Shown here one piece after another: positions 26,276-36,933 of a stretch of DNA of 64,000 nt (positions are counted from its first letter, which is position 1; every line of letters starts with the position of its first letter). Under the pieces are notes generated by a model. That model was not told the DNA's origin, made no database searches, and worked only from the letters and a program-made list of their open reading frames with translations. The stretch lies in assembly GCA_016930485.1 (NCBI GenBank), contig JAFGGP010000041.1, forward strand, positions 4,005 to 68,004, in the 5' to 3' direction. The position numbers and the translations under genes were made by a program. The stretch comes from Candidatus Omnitrophota bacterium. Lineage in GTDB: Bacteria > Omnitrophota > Gorgyraeia > JAFGGP01.

Positions 26276-27405
26276 AGTTCCCCTGTGTGCAGTTGTAAAA
26301 TCCGTTCGGCCAGACGCTGCCCGGCATCATCATACGTAAAACGCCGTATATGCGCAGAGAGCCTCTCCAGAAGCCCCTCTTCATCGACTGTATCGGCGAT
26401 CATATCCGCGAGACGCTCCGGCGTCGCCCTGTGTTGTTCCAGCACAAGGGCCGCACCGGCCCTCTCCAAAAGACGCGCGTTCGCCGCCTGATGCGAAGAG
26501 GCATAGGGATAGGCAATAAGAATCGCGGGCAGACCAAAACAGGAAAGCTCGGCTATCGTTGTCGCCCCTGCGCGTCCGATAACGAGATCGGCCGAGAGAA
26601 AGACATCCTCCATATTGTCGATAAAATCCCTTACGCAATACCGGCACCGCAGGTCGCGGGACTCGCTGTTTACTCGGGCCGCATCAACGGTCCCGGCAAG
26701 ATGAAGCACCTGAAACCGCCTGTTTCGCTCCTCGAGCAACCCGGCGGTTGCGACAAAAAGTCTGTTGATAAAAGACGAGCCTTTGCTCCCCCCCATAACG
26801 GCGATCGTAAAACAGTCGGGGGTAAGCCCGAACTTCTCGCGGGACGCCGCCACCGCCTCACGTTGCTGCCGCGCCTTCGCAGAAAACCGGCGTATCGGAT
26901 TGCCGGTAAGGGTGATGCGTCCTTTACTGAGAAATGTCTGCGTCTCCGGAAAACTCACCGCAACCATATCCGCAAACGGAACCAACATCCTGTTCGCGCG
27001 CCCAAAGGTGACATTCTGTTCATGAATTACCGTTCTGGCTCCCAACATCCGTGAGCAGACTACCGGCAGAAACGACTGGTAACCGCCAAAGCCCACCGTC
27101 GTCCCGGGAGACAACTGCTTCATAAGCCGAAAAATCCGCGGAAACTGTGCGAAATAACGCATAATCGATCCGAGATACGTCAACGGTCGTGAGGAATCGA
27201 CCCTTCCAAACTGTACGGCGTGCAAGATCAACCGGTCCAGCTCCTCAGCCCTTTTTCTGAGATACCCGTTGCAGGGTTCATTATCGCTGCAGACAAAAAT
27301 AACCCGGGCCCGGCTGTCCAGCATGAGAATCGTCTCCGCAACACACATCGCCGGAAACAGATGCCCGGCCGACCCGCCGCCCACAAGAACAATCGGTTTG
27401 TCCAT
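26272..27405 (-). CDS. murG: UDP-GlcNAc:lipid I N-acetylglucosaminyltransferase
   Basis: Start trimmed to MDKPIVLVGGGSAGHLFP. The 424-aa track ORF runs through an intergenic repeat. Confidence 0.9.
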   Translation of the reverse strand: MDKPIVLVGGGSAGHLFPAMCVAETILMLDSRARVIFVCSDNEPCNGYLRKRAEELDRLILHAVQFGRVDSSRPLTYLGSIMRYFAQFPRIFRLMKQLSPGTTVGFGGYQSFLPVVCSRMLGARTVIHEQNVTFGRANRMLVPFADMVAVSFPETQTFLSKGRITLTGNPIRRFSAKARQQREAVAASREKFGLTPDCFTIAVMGGSKGSSFINRLFVATAGLLEERNRRFQVLHLAGTVDAARVNSESRDLRCRYCVRDFIDNMEDVFLSADLVIGRAGATTIAELSCFGLPAILIAYPYASSHQAANARLLERAGAALVLEQHRATPERLADMIADTVDEEGLLERLSAHIRRFTYDDAGQRLAERILQLHTGEL

Positions 27406-27423
27406 AATTACCCGGCGTCCTGA

Positions 27424-27525
27424 GCAACCTCGCCTGCTGAAAGCAGGCCCCAGGCCCTTCCGTTCGAGGTTCCTCGCGCCTGCATGAGTAAGTCCGCTGT
27501 TTCCTTCATACCGGCGATGTACATA
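27424..27525. repeat. ~100-nt conserved intergenic element, copy B (ftsW-murG spacer)
   Basis: gcaacctcgcctgctgaaagcaggccccaggcccttccgttcgaggttcctcgcgcc ... ggcgatgtacat. See copy A at 18721. Confidence 0.75.
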
Positions 27526-27535
27526 GGTTGCATTT

Positions 27536-28630
27536 CTATTCCACATCGCGAGAAACGTTAAGCAATAGTCCTATACCCGCCATATTCGCCAAAAGGGCGC
27601 TCCCGCCGTAACTGATAAAAGGCAGTGGTAATCCCTTGGTGGGGATCGAGCCGCTGATTGCCCCGATATTGACCAGCACCTCGAAGGCAAGCATCACGGT
27701 AATCCCAAAAGCAAGATAAAAGGCAAATCTGTCTTTAATGCCGCGCGCCAGCCGGAAGCACTTGTAGAAAAGAAGCACAAAAAGTGCCAGAATGCACAGG
27801 GTGCCGATCAGGCCGCACTCCTCGCCGATAATAGCAAATATGAAATCGGTATACGCCTCCGGCAGATAAAATAATTTCTGGAGGCCGGCCCCCAGCCCGA
27901 CACCGGTCATCCCCCCCGACCCCAGGGCAAGATATGACTGGATAATCTGAAAACCCGACCCCTGGGGGTCTGCCCACGGATTCAGAAAAGTCAGCACCCG
28001 TGCCCTGCGAAACGGTATTCGCCATATGGCAAAATAAAATACAGGCAGTGAGCTTAAAAAACTGCCGACCAGATACGATGACCGGATGCCCCCCAAAAAG
28101 AACATGACGCCGATCAGAAGACTGAGTTCAATAACCCTCCCCAAATCCGGTTCCAGCAAAACAAGTCCCAGCATAAAAAGCAACGCACATGCGGGAACCA
28201 AAAGTCCCTTCTTCAAGTCATTAATATGGCTCCCCTTGCGTGATAATAACTCGGCAAGGTAAAGTGCCAGGGCCAGTTTCATGCACTCGGACGGCTGGAA
28301 ACCGAACAGGCCCAGACGCAACCACCGTTTTGCGCCTCCTATCTCCTTGGCAACCGGCGGCAGAAATACCAGCATCAACAGGAATAATGAAACGAGAAAA
28401 AACGGTTTTGTCCTTTTTTTCAGTGTCTCGATACGAATCCCCAGTATCAGAAATGCGACCGCACCCCCCAGGGCAATCGCCAAAAGCTGGCGTTTTAAAA
28501 AATACATACTATCGCCTGCGTGTTCATAGGCAAAGATCGAGCTTGAGCTGTATATCATGATGCATCCGAACGATATCAGAATCAGAACGATCATGACAAT
28601 ATCCTGCCGCAAGGCCTTAACCCTATCCAT
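27536..28630 (-). CDS. ftsW: SEDS-family peptidoglycan polymerase FtsW
   Basis: 364 aa, polytopic, with QPSE and PTKGLPLPFISYGGS motifs. Confidence 0.85.
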   Translation of the reverse strand: MDRVKALRQDIVMIVLILISFGCIMIYSSSSIFAYEHAGDSMYFLKRQLLAIALGGAVAFLILGIRIETLKKRTKPFFLVSLFLLMLVFLPPVAKEIGGAKRWLRLGLFGFQPSECMKLALALYLAELLSRKGSHINDLKKGLLVPACALLFMLGLVLLEPDLGRVIELSLLIGVMFFLGGIRSSYLVGSFLSSLPVFYFAIWRIPFRRARVLTFLNPWADPQGSGFQIIQSYLALGSGGMTGVGLGAGLQKLFYLPEAYTDFIFAIIGEECGLIGTLCILALFVLLFYKCFRLARGIKDRFAFYLAFGITVMLAFEVLVNIGAISGSIPTKGLPLPFISYGGSALLANMAGIGLLLNVSRDVE

Positions 28631-29885
28631 GGAACTGCTCCTTAATCTCCTTGACTATCTCACAAAAAGACCTGCCGCGATGGGCATAGTCGATAAACAT
28701 ATCAAAACTGGCGCAGCCCGGTGATAGGAGGACCGTATCGCCGGGTGAGGCAAAACCAAACCCCATAACTACGGCCTCTTTAAATGAATGTGCGTGGTAC
28801 AGCGGTGAGGCACCGCTCAGTGCGCGTTCTATCTTTGAGGCCGCCTCTCCGAAGAGAATAATCCTCTTTACCTTCTCGGATATATACCGGCGCAGTACAG
28901 TAAAATCGTTATTTTTATCTCTGCCCCCCAGAAGCAGGATAATGGAACGGTCCATGCTCCGCAGCGCCCACTCGGTCGAGGCAGGATTGGTCGCCTTTGA
29001 ATCGTCGACAAACCGCACACCGTTAACCGAATCCACCCGTTGTATGCGGTGCGGTAGATTGGCGAACCGGGCAAAGATGTCATCCACTGCCTCGGGAACG
29101 CATCCCAGCACCTGCGCCACACCCAGAACCGCCATCTGATTCTCATTGTACCGTTTGCTCTGCGAAAAATAGCACACCTGGGCCTCTGTGCGCAGAAAAG
29201 GACCAACAGTATCCTGATACATGCTGTTGATAAAGGCCCAATCGGTATTTTTCTGGTTGGCGAAGATGCGCATTTTATAAGCAAGATACTCCGAGAGGTC
29301 CTTGTGTCTGTCAAAATGGTCGTCGGCGATATTCAGGAAAACAGCGATCCACGGCCTGAAGTCCTGAATAAACTCCAGCTGGAAGGAGCTGACCTCCAAA
29401 ACGACGATATCCTCCGGGGTAACGCCCGAAACCACCTGGGAAAAGGGCACCCCGATATTGCCGCACACAACCGGTGTTAACCCCTTTGCCCGGACTACTT
29501 CACCGATCAGGGTCGTTGTCGTCGACTTCCCGTTAGTGCCGGTTACCGCGATAATAGGGGCCTTGCAGAACCAGCTTGCTAATTCGATCTCGCTGACAAC
29601 GGGGATTCCCAGCTCACGCGCCCATACAACGCACTGGGCGCGTGAATCGACGCCCGGGCTTACCACAACAAGATCGCTCCCCTTCAAAAAATCCTTCGTA
29701 TGTCCTCCCCATTCAACCCTGCACTTCCTCCTGCGCAGTTCTCGGGCGAGGTGTCGCAGTTCGTCCTCCTTCCGCGCCTCCGTTATCCTGACAGAGGCAC
29801 CGCGCGACTGCAGGAGAAGGGTCGCGGCATAGCCGCTCCTGCCCAGACCGATAACCGTGACCTTTCTGTCTTTGATGTCTTCCAT
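28623..29885 (-). CDS. murD: UDP-N-acetylmuramoylalanine--D-glutamate ligase
   Basis: 420 aa with GLGRSG and GTNGKSTTT motifs. Confidence 0.9.
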   Translation of the reverse strand: MEDIKDRKVTVIGLGRSGYAATLLLQSRGASVRITEARKEDELRHLARELRRRKCRVEWGGHTKDFLKGSDLVVVSPGVDSRAQCVVWARELGIPVVSEIELASWFCKAPIIAVTGTNGKSTTTTLIGEVVRAKGLTPVVCGNIGVPFSQVVSGVTPEDIVVLEVSSFQLEFIQDFRPWIAVFLNIADDHFDRHKDLSEYLAYKMRIFANQKNTDWAFINSMYQDTVGPFLRTEAQVCYFSQSKRYNENQMAVLGVAQVLGCVPEAVDDIFARFANLPHRIQRVDSVNGVRFVDDSKATNPASTEWALRSMDRSIILLLGGRDKNNDFTVLRRYISEKVKRIILFGEAASKIERALSGASPLYHAHSFKEAVVMGFGFASPGDTVLLSPGCASFDMFIDYAHRGRSFCEIVKEIKEQFHG

Positions 29886-29893
29886 GTTCCCCG

Positions 29894-30982
29894 TTACCTC
29901 AATTTAAGCGTTGCGATACCGGTTACAGCAAGAATGACCGCGATAATCCAAAATCGTACCGTCACCTTATTTTCAGGCCATCCCTTCAGCTGAAAGTGAT
30001 GGTGAAGGGGCGCCATAAGAAAAATGCGCTTTTTAAACATCCTGAACGAGATAATCTGTGCCAGTGTGGAGGCGGCCTCGGCGACAAAAATCCCTCCGAT
30101 AATCAAAAGCAAAAGCTCCTTTTTTATAAAGATGGCGGTCGCCCCAAGAATGCCGCCCAGCGCCAGAGCACCGGTATCCCCCATAAAAACAGCCGCTGGA
30201 TACGAATTAAACCACAGGAAACCCAGTGCGGCTCCAGCCACCGCAATACAGAAAACGGCAAGCTCGCCGCTCTCGGCAACATACGAGATATGAAGATAGC
30301 TGCTGAACTCGGCATGCCCCGCGATGTAACTGAGAATACTATAGGCAAAGGCCGCAATGGCAATGCAGCCAGCCGCAAGTCCGTCGAGGCCGTCGGTCAG
30401 ATTGACCGCATTCGAGCTGCCGATAATCACCAGGACCACAAACGGCAGATATAAAAATGAAAGATCGATCATGGCTTCTTTAAAAAACGGCAACTCTAAA
30501 TGCGTGGATAAACCGGAATCGACCATAACCCACACGCTCAGCGCGATCGCCAGAATCAGCTGACCCGACAGCTTCATCGCTATGGTCATTCCCTTCGCAT
30601 CTCCCCGCCAAAGCTTGATTGCATCGTCGATAAAACCGACAAACGTCAGCCAGAGTGTCACCAGGAGCATAACCAAAATGAACCTGTTTGAAAGGTCTGC
30701 CCACAAAAGGACAGAAAAGACGATCGAAAATACGACGAACAGTCCGCCCATTGTCGGTACGCCCTCTTTGCCGTGGTGCAGTTCTTTAAATTTGGGGTGC
30801 CCCTCTGTTCTTACCGTCTGTCCGATGCCTAACAGCTCAAGCCTTTGAATGACAACAGGCCCGAACAAAACGCTGAGCAAAAAGGCGGTCGTACCCGCCC
30901 CCGCCGCCCTGAAGGTAATATAGCGAAATACGTTAAATCCGAAAAAATACTCTCTTAAAGGGTAGAGGAAGAAATAAAGCAT
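29894..30982 (-). CDS. mraY: phospho-N-acetylmuramoyl-pentapeptide transferase
   Basis: Start trimmed to MLYFFLYPLREYF (ATG at 30982). Carries NAVNLTDGLDGLA and HHHF motifs. Confidence 0.9.
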   Translation of the reverse strand: MLYFFLYPLREYFFGFNVFRYITFRAAGAGTTAFLLSVLFGPVVIQRLELLGIGQTVRTEGHPKFKELHHGKEGVPTMGGLFVVFSIVFSVLLWADLSNRFILVMLLVTLWLTFVGFIDDAIKLWRGDAKGMTIAMKLSGQLILAIALSVWVMVDSGLSTHLELPFFKEAMIDLSFLYLPFVVLVIIGSSNAVNLTDGLDGLAAGCIAIAAFAYSILSYIAGHAEFSSYLHISYVAESGELAVFCIAVAGAALGFLWFNSYPAAVFMGDTGALALGGILGATAIFIKKELLLLIIGGIFVAEAASTLAQIISFRMFKKRIFLMAPLHHHFQLKGWPENKVTVRFWIIAVILAVTGIATLKLR

Positions 30983-32361
30983 CGTGTGACCTTTTCTAGC
31001 TCTAATGACCTGGAGCCTTTTATCAACACTGTATCCCCCTCCGATAGAAACGTCGTCAGATGTGCGCCCGCCTCCTCGGGGGTCCCAAACCAGAAAAGCG
31101 GTCTGCCGTCCGGCTCCAGTGCGTCGATAACCTGCCATGTTGTCTTGGCCAATGGTCCGACGGTTATGACCCCGTCGCACTCTAACTTGGCAATCTTCTT
31201 ACCGAGCTGCACATGGAACTCCTCGCTTGAGTCACCCAGTTCACACATATCTCCGATAACAAGAAACTTCCTACCGCCGACACGTATCCGTGAAAACACA
31301 TCCAGGGCACAGTCCATGGAGACGGGGTTGGCATTGTAACAATCAAGCAAAAACTCGATATTGTTAATAGTTCTCCTCTCAAGTCTCATGTCAGAGGACC
31401 GGAAAAATACAAACCGTGACCTGATATCAGACATAGCAATATCCAGTCTCCGGGCAACCGCTATAGCGGCAAGGGCATTATAGATATTGCCGACACCGAG
31501 AAGCGGTATCACTATCCACTGGCTGCCGTTTACCCTAAAAAGCATCCCGCTCCTTAAGTATTCTATCTTGTCTGCCCGCACATCTGCCCGGTTCATTATG
31601 CCGAAGGTGGTGCCGCCATGTGGTGTTGTTTCCACGCCCGCTAAATAAAGGTCATCGGCGTTAAGTACGGCAAACGGCTGCCTGCCGCTGGTCCTTTGCA
31701 GGATATTCACCTTCTCCTTAAAGACCCCCTCGACAGTCTTGAAAAATTCAAGGTGAGAAGGCCCTACATTTGTGATGACCGAAAGATCGGGGTTGGCCGC
31801 CCTGGTCAACCGTTCAATCTCTCCCGGTCTGCTTGTCCCCAGCTCCACCACCGCCACCTCGTCATCACCTTTGATGCCGAGAAGCGTCAATGCCGTTCCG
31901 ATACTGTTATTCTGGGTCCCGGTTGTCTTGTGAACCCGGAGGCGAACGCTCAGGAGATGTGCAATCATATCCTTGGTTGTGGTCTTGCCGACAGAACCGG
32001 TAACGGCTATAATCATCGCCTTATGTTTCGAGCGCCAGACAGACGCCACATCAAGAAAACCGTTGGTGGTATCCGGTACCAGGATGGCCAGTCGGGACGT
32101 AAGATAGGGCCTGATACGTTCGTCGCCTAAGACAGCCTCTTCAGAGGTAATAAAACCGCTCGCCCCCTTTTCCAGTGCCTGGGCGATAAAGTGATGTCCG
32201 TTGAATCGCCTGCCGATGATGGGCACAAACAAATCACCTTCGTGAATGGTCCTGGTGTCTGTGGAAAAGGCGGCGATATCCCCGTAACAGGCCTGGGAGA
32301 CGAGCTTCCCCTTCATTGCCTGCAGTAGCTCTGGAAGTGTCAGTGTCTGACTCACCCTCAT
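30955..32361 (-). CDS. murF: UDP-MurNAc-tripeptide--D-alanyl-D-alanine ligase
   Basis: 468 aa with the GSVGKTTTK motif. Confidence 0.9.
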   Translation of the reverse strand: MRVSQTLTLPELLQAMKGKLVSQACYGDIAAFSTDTRTIHEGDLFVPIIGRRFNGHHFIAQALEKGASGFITSEEAVLGDERIRPYLTSRLAILVPDTTNGFLDVASVWRSKHKAMIIAVTGSVGKTTTKDMIAHLLSVRLRVHKTTGTQNNSIGTALTLLGIKGDDEVAVVELGTSRPGEIERLTRAANPDLSVITNVGPSHLEFFKTVEGVFKEKVNILQRTSGRQPFAVLNADDLYLAGVETTPHGGTTFGIMNRADVRADKIEYLRSGMLFRVNGSQWIVIPLLGVGNIYNALAAIAVARRLDIAMSDIRSRFVFFRSSDMRLERRTINNIEFLLDCYNANPVSMDCALDVFSRIRVGGRKFLVIGDMCELGDSSEEFHVQLGKKIAKLECDGVITVGPLAKTTWQVIDALEPDGRPLFWFGTPEEAGAHLTTFLSEGDTVLIKGSRSLELEKVTRCFISSSTL

Positions 32362-33878
32362 CGTGTGTTGCCCTCGTTCCTTATAATAGATGATGTGCAG
32401 AGTTGCCTGAGCATATCTCGGGCAACCTGCATATCATTAAAGTCGAGCTGTTCGGTTCCGACAATCTGAGACTCTTCATGGCCCTTACCTGCAATCACAA
32501 CGCAGTCCCGACCGCTGGCGACGCTCAATGCGCTCCTTATCGCCTGCTGGCGGTCCAAGATAACGTAGACCTTGTCACGTTCCCGGATCCCGTTCAGGAT
32601 ATCCTCGGCAATGCGCTCCGGTTTTTCTGAACGCGGGTTGTCATTTGTAATATAAACACGGTCGGCGTAACGGTCGGCAACACATCCCATCAGTGGCCGC
32701 TTGCTTCTATCGCGGTCCCCCCCGCAACCAAAAACCACAATAAGACGTTCGTCAACCAGTGTCCGCAGCGACTGAAGTACACACTCGAGTGCATCGGCGG
32801 TATGCGCATAATCCACCAGCACATGGAACGACTGCCCTTCGTTAATCTGCTGCATTCTTCCCGGGGCCCCGGGAAAATGACGGATGGCCTCGAGCGTGTC
32901 CGGAATACCGATCCCGCAGTATGAGGCAGTAGCTACTGCCGCCAGCACATTGTACAGGTTATGCACCCCCGATAGACAAAACGATGCCGGATAGGTGGCG
33001 CCGTCGCTGACAAGAGTGCAGCTGATCCCCCCAAGCGTACAGACGATGTCCTGTGCCCGAAGGTGGGCCGACTGCTTAATGCCGTAAGTAATAATGGTGT
33101 TCTGGCTCGCCCGGGCAAACTCGGGAAATAGCGGGTCATCGGCGTTCAATATACTGGCACCCCCACTGTCAAGCGAACGGAAAAAATCCAGCTTGGTATG
33201 GATGTAGTCCTGACGGCTCCCGTGATAATCCATATGGTCGGAGGTCACGTTGGTAAGAACCCCCGCGGTAAAATGAATACCCTGGACCCTTCTCTGTTTG
33301 ATGGCATGGGATGAGACCTCCAGAATACCGATAGGGTTTGGGTAGGTGCGCAACTTTTTTAAGAACTGGTGGATAGTAACTATGTCGGGTGTTGTATTGA
33401 CGGAAGAAACGGCCTCGCTGCCGATTCTGTAATTAATCGTTCCTAAGACGCCCGGCGTATAAGCGGCATGTGCCGCGATTCTCTCCAGGAGATATGAGAC
33501 CGTTGTCTTTCCGTTGGTTCCGGTAATCCCGATAACAGGCATGAGGCTGGAGGGATCACCAAAAAAGGTCCTGGTAATATTCCCAAAAAGGTGGCGGGGA
33601 TCCTCGACAACCACAAATGCTATCCCGTCCCCCTGTCTGAGCAGTCCCCTGCCGCTCTCTGAAGAGGCAAACGTTGAAGAAACTACCACGCCGGCCGCCC
33701 CGTTTTTAATCGCCTCGGGGATGAATGAATGACCGTCTTTGGCAGACCCGCTCAGCGCCACAAAGAGACTGCCCGGGGTGACCATGCCGGAATGCATGGC
33801 AACGTCGGAGATATCAACATCATCTTTTGTGATAAGCCGATAACCGTCTTGGCCCTGTAATAGTTCGCTGAGTTTCAT
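32358..33878 (-). CDS. murE: UDP-MurNAc-L-Ala-D-Glu--2,6-diaminopimelate (or lysine) ligase
   Basis: 506 aa with GTNGKTT and the DNPRSE motif. Confidence 0.9.
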   Translation of the reverse strand: MKLSELLQGQDGYRLITKDDVDISDVAMHSGMVTPGSLFVALSGSAKDGHSFIPEAIKNGAAGVVVSSTFASSESGRGLLRQGDGIAFVVVEDPRHLFGNITRTFFGDPSSLMPVIGITGTNGKTTVSYLLERIAAHAAYTPGVLGTINYRIGSEAVSSVNTTPDIVTIHQFLKKLRTYPNPIGILEVSSHAIKQRRVQGIHFTAGVLTNVTSDHMDYHGSRQDYIHTKLDFFRSLDSGGASILNADDPLFPEFARASQNTIITYGIKQSAHLRAQDIVCTLGGISCTLVSDGATYPASFCLSGVHNLYNVLAAVATASYCGIGIPDTLEAIRHFPGAPGRMQQINEGQSFHVLVDYAHTADALECVLQSLRTLVDERLIVVFGCGGDRDRSKRPLMGCVADRYADRVYITNDNPRSEKPERIAEDILNGIRERDKVYVILDRQQAIRSALSVASGRDCVVIAGKGHEESQIVGTEQLDFNDMQVARDMLRQLCTSSIIRNEGNTR

Positions 33879-33901
33879 CGCCTCTCACCTACTGTGTCGT
33901 A

Positions 33902-35623
33902 TCAGTTGTTACGCACAAGAAGCCTTGCGGCAGTTTCCTCTGATTGAGGCATAACCCCGCAGTATTCCAGCGCCTGTTCCATGACCTCTTTGAATAAAGG
34001 TGCCGCTACGCTCCCGCCATAATAGCGGGGCCACGGCTCATCGAGAGTGGCAATCACGACGAATGTCGGGCGGTCGGCAGGAGCAAAACCGATAAAGGAC
34101 GCGATATATTTCCTGTGCGAATAACTCCCGTCCGGTTCCAGTTTTTGGGCAGTTCCTGTTTTACCCGCTACCTTGACCCCTTTGATACGGGCCAGCTTGC
34201 CGGTCCCGTTTTCAACAACATCGACTAAAATGTTCCTCAGGCGTTCTGACGCCTCGTATGAAATGACGCGGTTTCTCACGGCTATTTCCCGGAAGGATTC
34301 TATGGTGTTACCGAACTCGTCCTCAACCTTCAAAACGGTCTTTGGTTCGAGAAGAAAACCGCCGTTGGCAATAGCTGAAAGCGCACAGGCCATCTGGATT
34401 GCCGTCACGCCGACACCCTGCCCCATGGGGATCGTTCCCATATCAATCGCCTGCCACGTCTTTGGCGCCCTGAAAATACCGGAAACCTCGCCGGGTAAAT
34501 CAATCCCTGTCTTTTCCCCAAAACCGAATTTCCGTATATACTCGGCCAGTCTGTCCTTTCCTAATAAAGATGCGACCTTGTAGGTGCCTATGTTGCTTGA
34601 AAGAACAATGACCTCCCTGAAGGTCAATGTACCATGAGGCCTGTGGTCATGAAGTGTGCGGTTGGCAATTCGCAAGGAACCGTTTTCGCAGAAAAATTCC
34701 TGGGTTTCATTCACCGCCCGTTCTTCAAGGGCCGCGGCGGCGGTAATCGGCTTAAAACACGAGCCCGGTTCATAGACATCACAAATGGCCCGATTGCGCA
34801 TGGCATCGAACGAGGCCTTGCGGGCATTATTAGAGTCGAAATGGGGATAATTAGCCAAGGCCAAAATCTCCCCGGTGAACGGGTCCATCACAATGACCGA
34901 GCCACCCTTTGCGTGAGAGGCCTCGACGGCCTTTTTGAGTTCCTTCTCGGCAACATGCTGGATGACCGCATCTATCGAACTGATCAGGGAATGGCCGTTG
35001 ACCGGTGGATGGCGTGTTTCAAGTCCGTACAGAAACCGGCGTTTCGAATCACGCAACACACTTAACCATCCCGTTCTCCCCCTCAGATATCGCTCGTACT
35101 CAAGCTCAAGACCCTCGATCCCGTTGCCGTCGACATCGACACAGCCAAGGATATGTGATCCAAGCTGCCCGTTCGGATAAATCCGCTGCTCATCCTTGAA
35201 GTATTCGATGCCGGCATCTTTCCCGACCTTTTCCATCGTCTCTTCGGTAATAAAACGCTTGACCCATACAAAGTTTTTGCCACTGTTCATTTTCTGGTAC
35301 AGTTCATCCGCATCCACTTCAAGCAACCGAGCTATATCTTTTATGTGGCTTTTATCGATATGCTGTAGTTTATTAGGATGGCAATAGGCAGAGTACACCG
35401 GAAAATTCATTGCCAAAGGCCGCCTAGTCCTGTCAAAAATGATGCCTCGTTGTGGGCGAATATCGATAAGGGCGCAATGTTGACTATGCGCAAGCTTTTT
35501 AAAGAAATCGCTGTTCAAGACCTGGATAGCGCAGAGACGGGTTCCCAGAAAAGCAAAAAACATAAATACTGTTGCGATAACGATATTCTGGCGGGTTTTA
35601 TTTAAATGGTTCCGTGGGTACAC
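33902..35623 (-). CDS. ftsI: class B penicillin-binding protein (FtsI/PBP3-type transpeptidase)
   Basis: 573 aa with an N-terminal TM helix and SCFK (SxxK), SSN and KTGT motifs. Confidence 0.9.
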   Translation of the reverse strand: MYPRNHLNKTRQNIVIATVFMFFAFLGTRLCAIQVLNSDFFKKLAHSQHCALIDIRPQRGIIFDRTRRPLAMNFPVYSAYCHPNKLQHIDKSHIKDIARLLEVDADELYQKMNSGKNFVWVKRFITEETMEKVGKDAGIEYFKDEQRIYPNGQLGSHILGCVDVDGNGIEGLELEYERYLRGRTGWLSVLRDSKRRFLYGLETRHPPVNGHSLISSIDAVIQHVAEKELKKAVEASHAKGGSVIVMDPFTGEILALANYPHFDSNNARKASFDAMRNRAICDVYEPGSCFKPITAAAALEERAVNETQEFFCENGSLRIANRTLHDHRPHGTLTFREVIVLSSNIGTYKVASLLGKDRLAEYIRKFGFGEKTGIDLPGEVSGIFRAPKTWQAIDMGTIPMGQGVGVTAIQMACALSAIANGGFLLEPKTVLKVEDEFGNTIESFREIAVRNRVISYEASERLRNILVDVVENGTGKLARIKGVKVAGKTGTAQKLEPDGSYSHRKYIASFIGFAPADRPTFVVIATLDEPWPRYYGGSVAAPLFKEVMEQALEYCGVMPQSEETAARLLVRNN

Positions 35624-35626
35624 AAT

Positions 35627-36013
35627 TTATTTTATCTGTGCCTCTGCCTCGGCACCTCCAAGTAGGACATCAAAAATGTTATACCGGTGAAATCGAACCA
35701 GGGTCTGTATCTTGCCACTGCTGCCGGAGCCCGGCTGTACTGCGGGGGAGAGCCGAGCAATAACTACCTTTCTGTCTCTTACAAACTCACTTCCTTTACT
35801 GCTTGCAACCAAAATATTTTCAATATGTTCAGGAGATTTTATTCTTGCTACATTATAACGCAACTGCGCATTCTGGTCAACAAAGTTTGAGGCTGTCAAC
35901 TCCTTTGTTCTAATGGCATAGCTCAACTTAAAAATTTCGATCTTTTGGTGGGCACATAAAAATGCGGCAATATTAATCACCATCAGCATCTTTAGAAAAT
36001 TAAGCAGTCTCAT
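35627..36013 (-). CDS. ftsL: FtsL-like small bitopic division protein
   Basis: 128 aa with one N-terminal TM helix followed by a helical segment. The call rests on position between rsmH and ftsI; sequence similarity is not assessable by eye. Confidence 0.5.
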   Translation of the reverse strand: MRLLNFLKMLMVINIAAFLCAHQKIEIFKLSYAIRTKELTASNFVDQNAQLRYNVARIKSPEHIENILVASSKGSEFVRDRKVVIARLSPAVQPGSGSSGKIQTLVRFHRYNIFDVLLGGAEAEAQIK

Positions 36014-36024
36014 TATCTCCCTTG

Positions 36025-36933
36025 TCAGTTGCAGTATATTTTTTCTACCGCCCGCAATTTTGCGCTTCGGCTTCTGGGGTTTTCTTGTATCTCATGAATA
36101 GCTGGCCTGATCGGTTTCTTCGTGATAGATTTAAATGAGCCATCGCTCAACCATGCCCGAAAGGCATTCTTGACCATTCTGTCCTCGAGTGAATGAAACG
36201 CAATAATACATATCTTTCCGCCTGGAGAAATGCTTTCTCTGGCACCTTCAAGAGCGAGAGAAAGCCCAGTCAGTTCGTCATTAACTAATATACGGAGTGC
36301 TTGGAACACCTTTGTTGCCGGATGGATCCTTCTTTTTCTGTAGAAGCGACCGAGCGAGCGATAGGCAATATCGGCCAGCTGGGTGGTGGTTTCGATCGGA
36401 TGCTTCTTTCGCTCCGTGACGAGCATTGCGGCTATACGCGAGGCATGGCGTTCTTCGCTGTATTCACGAAAACATTTTTCCAATGCCCTCTCATCAAAAG
36501 TATTGACTACTTCCTGCGCCGTGAGTCCTTGAGACCGGTCAAAGCGCATATCAAGAGTCCCTTCACGCATAAAACTAAATCCTCTTTCCGACCGACTTAA
36601 CTGATGCGAGGATAACCCGAGATCAAACAGTATAGCGTCAATAGTGGTAAGCCGAAGGCGTTCTTTTATCAGGGCAAGGTTTCTAAAATCTTCGTGTACC
36701 AGTCGAACATTCATTGCAAAAGGCTCCAATCTCATACGCGCCTGCTCAAGTGTTTCTACGTCTTTGTCTAAACCAACCAGCATACCATCCGGCCCTATCC
36801 GTTCTGCTATTGCCTCTGCATGCCCCCCAAGACCAACGGTGCAATCGACAATGACCTGCGAGGGGCGCGGCTCTAATATATCCAAAACAGCCTGTGCTAA
36901 AACAGGCTTGTGATAATAATCGGTGTTTTTCAA
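36025..36933 (-). CDS. rsmH: 16S rRNA (cytosine1402-N4)-methyltransferase
   Basis: 302 aa, TTG start, with HKPVL and DCTVGLGGH motifs. Confidence 0.9.
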   Translation of the reverse strand: MKNTDYYHKPVLAQAVLDILEPRPSQVIVDCTVGLGGHAEAIAERIGPDGMLVGLDKDVETLEQARMRLEPFAMNVRLVHEDFRNLALIKERLRLTTIDAILFDLGLSSHQLSRSERGFSFMREGTLDMRFDRSQGLTAQEVVNTFDERALEKCFREYSEERHASRIAAMLVTERKKHPIETTTQLADIAYRSLGRFYRKRRIHPATKVFQALRILVNDELTGLSLALEGARESISPGGKICIIAFHSLEDRMVKNAFRAWLSDGSFKSITKKPIRPAIHEIQENPRSRSAKLRAVEKIYCN

